Notes under the pieces: model-generated
What the model saw: only the letters and a program-made list of their open reading frames with translations
What the model was told of the DNA's origin: nothing
Databases searched by the model: none
Part shown: positions 37,069 through 44,637 of the stretch, one piece after another
How the letters are laid out: each line of letters starts with the position of its first letter
Position numbering within the stretch: position 1 is the first letter of the stretch
Made by a program: the position numbers and the translations under genes
Source of the DNA: Cyclobacteriaceae bacterium
GTDB taxonomy: Bacteria; Bacteroidota; Bacteroidia; Cytophagales; Cyclobacteriaceae
Length of the DNA stretch: 44,637 bases
Assembly: GCA_029882675.1 (NCBI GenBank)
Contig: JAOUKJ010000001.1
Location: 1-44,637 of the forward strand
Direction: 5' to 3'

Positions 37069-40000
37069 TTGGCAACTCACAACAAAATAGAACGAAAGGA
37101 CTTTTCATCTATAAAAAAGGTGATTGACTACCCTGATTTTTTGGATGTTCAATTAAAATCTTTTAGCGATTTTTTCCAGTTGGACACACCTGCAGAAAAA
37201 AGGCAAAATGAAGGGTTGTTCAAAGTTTTTTCAGAAAATTTCCCGATCCTTGACTCCCGGGAAAATTTTGAATTGACATTTATCGATTATACTGTAGATC
37301 CCCCTAAATACTCTGTTGAAGATTGTGTTGATCGTGGACTTACGTATAATGTACCACTTAAGGCCAAATTAAAACTCGAATGTCACGATGATGACAACGA
37401 AGATTTTGAAACCATTGAACAAGAAGTTTTTCTGGGCAATATTCCTTATATGACCAGCAAAGGTTCTTTTGTTATTAATGGAGCTGAAAGGGTTATCGTC
37501 TCTCAACTACACCGTTCTCCCGGTGTGTTTTTCGCGCAAAGCAAACATACCAATGGGACTACACTTTATTCTGCCCGAATTATCCCTTTTAAAGGTTCCT
37601 GGATAGAATTTGCCACAGATGTCAATAACGTAATGTATGCGTATATTGATCGTAAAAAGAAATTCCCTGTTACCACCCTTATGCGTTCCATAGGTTATGG
37701 TACAGACAAAGATATACTCGATTTGTTTGAGCTGTCAGAAGAGCTCCCGGCAAATCAAAAAAATCTTAAAAAATCAGTTAATAGAAAATTAGCCGCCCGG
37801 GTACTCAAAACCTGGACAGAAGATTTTGTTGATGAAGATACTGGTGAAGTAGTTTCGATTGATCGAAATGAAGTTTTACTTGAAAGAGACCACGTACTCG
37901 AAGAAAGTGATGTGGATACTATTCTCGATTCGGGTGTAAAATCGATCATTCTACACCGTGAATCTTCTGCGGCCTCTGATTATACAATTATTTTTAATAC
38001 GCTGGCGAAAGATAATTCCAATTCAGAAAAGGAAGCTGTTGAGCAAATTTATCGTCAGTTAAGAAATACAGAAGCCCCGGACGAGCAAACCGCCCGTGAC
38101 ATTATTCAAAGCTTGTTTTTTAGTGAAAAAAGATATGATCTGGGTGAAGTAGGCCGTTATAGAATTAATAAAAAACTGGGACTGGATATTGATCCCGGTG
38201 TTAAAGTGCTTACAACACAAGACATCATAGAGATTGTTAAGTATCTAATTGGTTTAATTAACTCCAAAGCGGTGGTCGATGACATAGACCACCTCAGTAA
38301 CAGGAGGGTTAGAACAGTTGGAGAACAATTATACTCCCAGTTTGGCGTGGGTCTTGCCAGAATGTCTCGAACAATCAAAGAAAGAATGAACGTTCGTGAT
38401 AATGAGGATTATAAGCCTGTTGACTTGATTAATGCCCGTACGTTATCATCGGTTATAAATTCATTCTTTGGAACAAACCAGTTGAGCCAGTTTATGGATC
38501 AAACGAATCCACTGGCTGAAATTACACATAAACGCAGGATGTCGGCACTCGGACCAGGCGGACTTTCCCGTGAAAGAGCTGGTTTTGAAGTACGTGACGT
38601 TCACTATACCCACTATGGTCGCCTATGTACCATTGAAACACCTGAAGGGCCAAACATCGGACTTATCTCATCGATGTGTGTGCATGCGAAGGTCAATGGT
38701 ATGGGCTTTATCGAAACCCCCTATCGTAAGGTAGATGCCGGTAAGGTGAATATGACCGATGATGTAATCTACCTTACTGCTGAAGAGGAAGATGAACATA
38801 ACATAGCCCAGGCTAATGCTCCGTTGGATAGTGTAGGCAAGTTCGTAAATCCAAAAGTGAAAGCCCGCCTTGAAGGTGACTTTCCCCTGGTAGAACCCGG
38901 CGACGTGAAATATATGGATGTGGCTCCAAACCAGATTGTTTCTGTAGCTGCATCACTCATTCCATTCCTTGAACATGATGATGCGAACAGAGCCCTGATG
39001 GGTTCTAATATGCAGCGCCAGGCTGTTCCTTTATTGCAGCCTGAAGCACCTATTGTAGGTACAGGGTTGGAAAAAAGAGTAGCCATTGATTCACGAACAC
39101 TGGTTCTATCTGAAGGAACGGGTATCGTTGATTATGTCGATGCCATGAAGATCAGGATTAAATATACGCTTACTGAAGATGAGAAGGCGGTAAGGTTTGG
39201 TGATGAGTACAAAACTTACAAACTGATTAAATTTCAACGGACGAATCAGGATACCTGTATCAATTTACGTCCAATAGTACGTAAAGGGGAAAAGGTGGAT
39301 AAAGGACAACCCCTTGTTGAAGGTTATGCTACACAAAAAGGGGAATTAGCCCTGGGTAGAAACCTACAGGTGGCATATATGCCATGGCAGGGTTATAACT
39401 TTGAGGATGCCATTGTCATTAGTGAAAGGGTAGTGCGTGAAGATGTATTTACTTCTTTGCATATTGAAGAATTTGAACTTGAAGTAAGAGACACCAAACG
39501 TGGGGAAGAAGAACTTACTTCTGAAATTCCTAATGTAAGTGAAGATGCTGTTAAGCATCTCGATGAAAATGGAGTGATCAGAACAGGTGCTGAGGTGAAA
39601 GAAGGGGACATATTAATCGGTAAGATTACCCCCAAGGGCGAATCAGACCCTACACCAGAAGAAAAATTGTTGCGTGCTATTTTTGGGGATAAAGCCGGAG
39701 ATGTTAAAGATGCATCAATGAAGGCCTCTCCTTCTTTACGCGGTACAGTAATTGATACTAAGTTGTTTAGCCGGCCTAAAAAAGACAAAGAGTTAAGAAG
39801 CCGCTCCAAAAAAGAGGTGGAAGTGCTCAAGTCAAAATATTCAAAAGTACTTGTCGGATTAAGAGAAGAAGTCATCATGAAAATGACTGAATTACTGAAA
39901 GGTAAAACATCGCAGGGTGTAAAGCATAAATTTGGTGATGAAATCATTAGTAAAGGCGTGAAGTTTAATGAAAACAATGTTAGGGAAAATCTTTTCCCTG

Positions 40001-40941
40001 CTAAAAATGCCTACCGTGATGAAAGTAACTTGAATGTTCCGGATGAGACGAACCTAATAGCTGATATTATTCTGGATAATTGGACAACCGAAGAGAAAAT
40101 AAATGATCAGGTTGGCCGACTAATAAAGAATTATGTGAATGCGCGTAATGAAGTTTCCGGTGAATTTAAACGCGACAGGTTTACACTTGAAGTAGGTGAT
40201 GAGCTTCCGGCAGGTATTGTTCAGCTCGCAAAAGTGTATATCGCTAAAAAGCGTAAGCTAAAAGTAGGTGATAAAATGGCCGGTCGACATGGGAATAAGG
40301 GTGTGGTAGCAAGAATTGTAAGGCAAGAGGATATGCCATTCCTGGAAGATGGAACTCCGGTAGATATATGTCTGAATCCGTTGGGTGTGCCTTCAAGGAT
40401 GAACCTTGGGCAGATTTTTGAAACCGTACTCGGATGGGCTGGAAAGAAACTGGATAAAAAATACGCTACACCAATTTTTGACGGAGCTACAATGGCTGAT
40501 GTTCAAAAAGAACTTAAGGAAGCGAATCTCCCGGATTATGGAAGAACTTACTTATATGATGGTCTTACAGGTGAGCGTTTTGACCAACCGGTAACTGTAG
40601 GTATTACCTACATGCTGAAACTGGGTCACCTGGTGGATGATAAAATGCACGCCAGGTCTATCGGGCCATATTCATTGATTACGCAACAACCATTGGGAGG
40701 AAAGGCCCAGTTTGGTGGCCAGCGTTTTGGAGAAATGGAAGTGTGGGCACTGGAAGCATTTGGTGCAGCCAATATCCTACAGGAGATACTTACCATTAAA
40801 TCAGATGATGTTATTGGTAGGGCCAAAGCCTATGAGGCTATTGTAAAAGGGGAAAATATGAAGAAACCGAATATCCCTGAATCGTTTAATGTATTGGTGC
40901 ATGAACTAAGAGGTCTTGCACTTGAAATTACATTAGACTAA
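37069..40941 (+). CDS. rpoB: DNA-directed RNA polymerase subunit beta
   Basis: 1290 aa with conserved blocks ([27 protein letters not shown]). The apparent start is TTG, and no upstream in-frame ATG exists. Confidence 0.97.
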   Translation: MATHNKIERKDFSSIKKVIDYPDFLDVQLKSFSDFFQLDTPAEKRQNEGLFKVFSENFPILDSRENFELTFIDYTVDPPKYSVEDCVDRGLTYNVPLKAKLKLECHDDDNEDFETIEQEVFLGNIPYMTSKGSFVINGAERVIVSQLHRSPGVFFAQSKHTNGTTLYSARIIPFKGSWIEFATDVNNVMYAYIDRKKKFPVTTLMRSIGYGTDKDILDLFELSEELPANQKNLKKSVNRKLAARVLKTWTEDFVDEDTGEVVSIDRNEVLLERDHVLEESDVDTILDSGVKSIILHRESSAASDYTIIFNTLAKDNSNSEKEAVEQIYRQLRNTEAPDEQTARDIIQSLFFSEKRYDLGEVGRYRINKKLGLDIDPGVKVLTTQDIIEIVKYLIGLINSKAVVDDIDHLSNRRVRTVGEQLYSQFGVGLARMSRTIKERMNVRDNEDYKPVDLINARTLSSVINSFFGTNQLSQFMDQTNPLAEITHKRRMSALGPGGLSRERAGFEVRDVHYTHYGRLCTIETPEGPNIGLISSMCVHAKVNGMGFIETPYRKVDAGKVNMTDDVIYLTAEEEDEHNIAQANAPLDSVGKFVNPKVKARLEGDFPLVEPGDVKYMDVAPNQIVSVAASLIPFLEHDDANRALMGSNMQRQAVPLLQPEAPIVGTGLEKRVAIDSRTLVLSEGTGIVDYVDAMKIRIKYTLTEDEKAVRFGDEYKTYKLIKFQRTNQDTCINLRPIVRKGEKVDKGQPLVEGYATQKGELALGRNLQVAYMPWQGYNFEDAIVISERVVREDVFTSLHIEEFELEVRDTKRGEEELTSEIPNVSEDAVKHLDENGVIRTGAEVKEGDILIGKITPKGESDPTPEEKLLRAIFGDKAGDVKDASMKASPSLRGTVIDTKLFSRPKKDKELRSRSKKEVEVLKSKYSKVLVGLREEVIMKMTELLKGKTSQGVKHKFGDEIISKGVKFNENNVRENLFPAKNAYRDESNLNVPDETNLIADIILDNWTTEEKINDQVGRLIKNYVNARNEVSGEFKRDRFTLEVGDELPAGIVQLAKVYIAKKRKLKVGDKMAGRHGNKGVVARIVRQEDMPFLEDGTPVDICLNPLGVPSRMNLGQIFETVLGWAGKKLDKKYATPIFDGATMADVQKELKEANLPDYGRTYLYDGLTGERFDQPVTVGITYMLKLGHLVDDKMHARSIGPYSLITQQPLGGKAQFGGQRFGEMEVWALEAFGAANILQEILTIKSDDVIGRAKAYEAIVKGENMKKPNIPESFNVLVHELRGLALEITLD

Positions 40942-40980
40942 TACTTATAATCGTGTTTTTTAATTTGACAACTTACGACT

Positions 40981-43900
40981 ATGTCATTCAGAAAAAATAA
41001 AAAGATCAATACCGATTTTTCAAAAGTTACTATAAGCCTGGCCTCACCGGAATCTATACTGGAGAGTTCGCATGGTGAAGTGACCCAACCTGAAACTATA
41101 AACTACAGGACTTATAAGCCTGAGATGGGGGGACTGTTTTGTGAACGGATATTCGGACCCGTGAAAGATTGGGAATGTCATTGTGGCAAATATAAGCGGA
41201 TAAGATATAAAGGAATAATTTGTGACCGTTGTGGGGTTGAGGTGACAGAAAAAAAAGTACGTAGAGAACGTATGGGACACATCGAGCTGGTAGTGCCGGT
41301 GGCCCATATCTGGTACTTCAGGTCACTTCCCAATAAAATTGGATACCTGCTTGGCTTACCTACCAAAAAGCTGGATCAGATTATTTATTATGAACGCTAT
41401 GTTGTTATCCAGCCCGGTATTAAGGAAGAGGAAGGGATTTCCTATATGGACTTTCTAACTGAAGATGAATACCTGGATATCCTGGATAAACTTCCTCGTG
41501 AAAACCAGGCATTAGAAGATAGCGATCCGAATAAGTTTATTGCGAAAATGGGAGCTGATTCCCTTGAAATGCTTCTTTCACGTATAAAACTTGATGAATT
41601 AAGCTATGAATTAAGACACCAGGCGGCTACGGATACTTCCCAGCAACGGAAAGCGGAAGCATTGAAAAGACTTAAAGTGGTGGAAGCTTTTCGTGATGCA
41701 AGAACACGTATTGAAAACAGGCCCGAGTGGATGATCATTAAGATGGTGCCGGTTATTCCACCTGAATTACGCCCATTGGTGCCACTCGATGGTGGCAGGT
41801 TTGCGACATCAGACCTGAATGACTTGTACAGAAGGGTGATTATTAGAAATAATAGGCTGAAGAGACTAATAGATATTAAGGCACCTGAAGTCATCCTGCG
41901 AAACGAAAAACGTATGCTTCAGGAGGCCGTAGATTCGCTGTTTGACAACAGCCGGAAAGTTAATGCTGTAAGAAGTGATGGAAACAGAGCATTAAAATCA
42001 CTCAGCGATATGTTGAAGGGTAAACAAGGACGTTTCCGTCAAAATTTGCTTGGAAAACGTGTCGATTATTCCGGACGTTCGGTCATTGTTGTGGGACCTG
42101 AATTGAAATTGCATGAATGTGGATTGCCTAAGGATATGGCAGCTGAACTTTATAAGCCCTTTGTAATCAGGAAACTGATTGAAAGAGGGATTGTGAAAAC
42201 TGTAAAATCTGCCAAGAAGATCGTAGACCGGAAGGACCCGGTAATTTGGGATATTTTAGAAAATGTACTCAAGGGGCATCCTGTCCTTCTTAACAGGGCT
42301 CCTACTTTGCACCGTCTGGGTATCCAGGCTTTCCAACCCAAACTTATCGAGGGTAAGGCCATTCAGCTTCACCCTTTGGTGTGTACTGCTTTTAATGCCG
42401 ACTTTGATGGTGACCAGATGGCTGTGCATGTTCCGTTGGGCCAGGAAGCTGTATTGGAAGCCAGTGTTTTAATGCTTTCCTCACATAATATTTTGAATCC
42501 GGCTAACGGAGCTCCCATAACAGTACCTTCACAGGATATGGTTCTGGGTCTTTATTATGTGACTAAAGGACGAAAAGACTCAGAAGGCGAAGGAACCATT
42601 TTCTATGGTGTTGAAGAGGTGATTATTGCACTTAATGAAAGACGACTGTCTATTCATGCTTTAATTAAAGTGAGAACAACTGTACGTACGGACGAGGGTA
42701 CATTAGAAGAAAAAATTATTGATACGGTAGCCGGACGTGTATTGTTTAATCAATTCGTGCCTGAAGAAGTAGGATTTGTAGATGAGTTGCTCACCAAAAA
42801 GAAATTACAGACCATCATTTCAGATGTCTTTAAAATCTCAGGGCATGCACGTGCAGCCCAATTCCTCGATGACATTAAAAATCTGGGGTTCTACATGGCT
42901 TATAAGGGAGGTCTTTCTATGGGACTTAACGATGTGATGATCCCGAAAGAAAAGGACAGTCTTGTGAAAGACGCCAAAGTAGAAGTAGAGGAGGTCTGGA
43001 GTAACTATTATATGGGTCTGATTACTGATAACGAACGTTATAATCAGGTAATTGATATTTGGACACGGACAAATACACTTCTTACCAATACTTTGATGAA
43101 GCAATTGGAAGAAGATAAAGAGGGTTTTAACTCTATTTATATGATGATGCACTCAGGAGCAAGGGGCTCAAGAGAGCAGATACGTCAGTTAGGTGGTATG
43201 AGAGGGCTTATGGCTAAACCTCAAAAGAATCTGGTAGGCGCTGTGGGTTCAATTATTGAAAACCCCATCTTATCAAACTTTAAAGAAGGTCTTGATGTAC
43301 TTGAATATTTTATTTCTACGCACGGTGCCCGTAAAGGTTTGGCTGATACTGCCCTTAAAACGGCAGATGCCGGATACCTGACAAGAAGACTGGTAGATGT
43401 GGCTCAGGATCTTGTAATTACTGAAGAAGATTGTGCAACGTTAAGAGGACTTACGGTGGCAGCCCTCAAAGATAATGAGGATATTGTTGAGCCACTTGCA
43501 GAAAGAATACTTGGCAGGGTGTCAGTACATGATATTTACGATCCATTGACCGAAGAAATCATCTGTGAGGCCAATGCTGAGATTACGGAAGAAGTTGCTA
43601 AGCGGATCGATGAAACCAGTATAGAAGAAGTAGAAATACGGTCTGTGCTAACATGTGAGACCAAGCAGGGAGGTTGTGTCAATTGTTATGGAAGAAACCT
43701 CGCCAGTGGCCGGATGGTGGAAATAGGAGAAGCCGTTGGAGTAATTGCCGCACAATCCATTGGTGAGCCGGGTACACAGCTGACCTTACGTACGTTCCAC
43801 GTAGGTGGTACTGCTGCAAGGATTGCCGTAGATGCTAACATAAAATCAAAGTTCAGTGGTACAATTGAATTTGATGGATTGAGAACCCTGGAAACTACCA

Positions 43901-44637
43901 ATGCAGATGGTAAGCCAATAAGTGTAGTGATGGGTAGGACGGGTGAAGTTCGTGTGGTTGATAAAAAGAGAAAACTGGTTTTGATTTCAAACCACGTTCC
44001 TTACGGAGCGCACCTTAAAGTAAAAGAGGGCCAGCAGGTTGAAAAGGGTGATGAAATTTGTTTCTGGGATCCTTATAACGCCGTAATTCTTTCGGAATAC
44101 GATGGTACTATAGAGTATGATTCAATCATTGAAGGGGTCACTTATAGAGAGGAATCTGATGAACAAACAGGACACCGTGAAAAAGTGATTACGGATACCC
44201 GTGATAAAACAAAGAACCCGGCCATTATTGTTAATGCCAAGGATACCGCCAAAGGATACAACATTCCGGTGGGAGCGCATATAGCGGTGGATAATGGGAA
44301 GAAAATTAAGGCTGGACACATCCTGGTGAAAATACCAAGAAACATTGGTAAGTCGCGGGATATTACAGGGGGTCTTCCCAGAGTGACTGAATTGTTTGAG
44401 GCCAGAAACCCTTCAAACCCTGCAGTAGTAAGTGAAATTGATGGTGTTGTCACTTATGGTGGAATTAAAAGAGGAAACCGGGAGATATACGTAGAGTCGA
44501 AGGATGGTGTTAAAAAGAGATATCTCGTTTCGCTTTCCAAACATATCCTTGTTCAGGACAACGACTTCGTGAAAGCGGGTACTCCTTTGAGTGATGGTGC
44601 GATTACACCTGCTGATATTTTGGCCATTAAAGGCCCT
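40981..44637 (+). CDS. rpoC: DNA-directed RNA polymerase subunit beta' (3'-truncated by window end)
   Basis: The open frame from ATG 40981 to the window end is not in the ORF track because it has no stop. The translation [28 protein letters not shown]... carries the zinc-binding [23 protein letters not shown] and [12 protein letters not shown] (about 42395-42430). Confidence 0.95.
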   Translation, partial: MSFRKNKKINTDFSKVTISLASPESILESSHGEVTQPETINYRTYKPEMGGLFCERIFGPVKDWECHCGKYKRIRYKGIICDRCGVEVTEKKVRRERMGHIELVVPVAHIWYFRSLPNKIGYLLGLPTKKLDQIIYYERYVVIQPGIKEEEGISYMDFLTEDEYLDILDKLPRENQALEDSDPNKFIAKMGADSLEMLLSRIKLDELSYELRHQAATDTSQQRKAEALKRLKVVEAFRDARTRIENRPEWMIIKMVPVIPPELRPLVPLDGGRFATSDLNDLYRRVIIRNNRLKRLIDIKAPEVILRNEKRMLQEAVDSLFDNSRKVNAVRSDGNRALKSLSDMLKGKQGRFRQNLLGKRVDYSGRSVIVVGPELKLHECGLPKDMAAELYKPFVIRKLIERGIVKTVKSAKKIVDRKDPVIWDILENVLKGHPVLLNRAPTLHRLGIQAFQPKLIEGKAIQLHPLVCTAFNADFDGDQMAVHVPLGQEAVLEASVLMLSSHNILNPANGAPITVPSQDMVLGLYYVTKGRKDSEGEGTIFYGVEEVIIALNERRLSIHALIKVRTTVRTDEGTLEEKIIDTVAGRVLFNQFVPEEVGFVDELLTKKKLQTIISDVFKISGHARAAQFLDDIKNLGFYMAYKGGLSMGLNDVMIPKEKDSLVKDAKVEVEEVWSNYYMGLITDNERYNQVIDIWTRTNTLLTNTLMKQLEEDKEGFNSIYMMMHSGARGSREQIRQLGGMRGLMAKPQKNLVGAVGSIIENPILSNFKEGLDVLEYFISTHGARKGLADTALKTADAGYLTRRLVDVAQDLVITEEDCATLRGLTVAALKDNEDIVEPLAERILGRVSVHDIYDPLTEEIICEANAEITEEVAKRIDETSIEEVEIRSVLTCETKQGGCVNCYGRNLASGRMVEIGEAVGVIAAQSIGEPGTQLTLRTFHVGGTAARIAVDANIKSKFSGTIEFDGLRTLETTNADGKPISVVMGRTGEVRVVDKKRKLVLISNHVPYGAHLKVKEGQQVEKGDEICFWDPYNAVILSEYDGTIEYDSIIEGVTYREESDEQTGHREKVITDTRDKTKNPAIIVNAKDTAKGYNIPVGAHIAVDNGKKIKAGHILVKIPRNIGKSRDITGGLPRVTELFEARNPSNPAVVSEIDGVVTYGGIKRGNREIYVESKDGVKKRYLVSLSKHILVQDNDFVKAGTPLSDGAITPADILAIKGP

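Noticed and set aside
39393-39977. 194-aa ORF antisense to rpoB. Other long antisense ORFs lie at 19503-19958, 9522-9932, 3441-3806 and 15762-16121.
   Set aside because: Each lies entirely inside a well-supported conserved gene on the opposite strand. Their Ser/Leu/Phe-rich composition is what the reverse complement of Lys/Glu-rich coding sequence produces. None has a motif or promoter signal.
1-44637. A search of the whole window for CRISPR arrays, IS elements or transposases, integrases, prophage genes, restriction-modification, toxin-antitoxin or other defence modules.
   Set aside because: I saw no repeat-spacer arrays, no long terminal inverted repeats flanking ORFs and no ORFs with nuclease, transposase or integrase motifs. 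Every ORF of meaningful length is accounted for by housekeeping or metabolic functions, apart from the small modules listed as findings.

Overview
This window looks like core chromosome from a Bacteroidota-type genome. The evidence is gene order, TAnnTTTG-type -7 promoter boxes and protein sequences typical of that phylum. Three housekeeping blocks dominate. (1) A complete dcw cell-division and cell-wall cluster runs mraZ-rsmH-ftsL-ftsI-murE-mraY-murD-ftsW-murG-murC-ftsQ-ftsA-ftsZ (1324-16490, + strand), without murF or ddl. (2) A mixed metabolic stretch holds a flavin reductase, a LytS-like kinase with a LytTR regulator and an alanine/glycine:cation symporter. It also holds a minus-strand sugar-acid operon (LgoD-like dehydrogenase, kdgK, eda, uxaB), a pyrR-like gene, panB, a secreted CAP-domain protein, ribH, a TPR protein, pdhA, recF and a DUF721 gene. 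(3) The conserved translation and transcription block runs tRNA-Tyr, tRNA-Gly, tRNA-Thr, tuf, tRNA-Trp, secE, nusG, rplK, rplA, rplJ, rplL, rpoB and rpoC; rpoC runs off the 3' end. I see no CRISPR array, transposase, integrase, phage genes or recognisable defence or toxin-antitoxin genes. The less ordinary signals are mostly non-coding. The mraZ promoter carries four AGTGG boxes phased at exactly 10 bp, and a second inverted pair of boxes faces the divergent operon. An identical 16-nt element with a palindrome sits in front of two consecutive minus-strand units, one of which is an uncharacterised 6-TM membrane protein plus winged-helix regulator module. Two long compound hairpins lie after ftsZ and between eda and uxaB. 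A 24-codon upstream ORF overlaps the pyrR-like start by ATGA. An 8-bp tandem repeat lies in a convergent spacer. All functional calls rest on reading the translated ORFs by eye, since no searches could be run.
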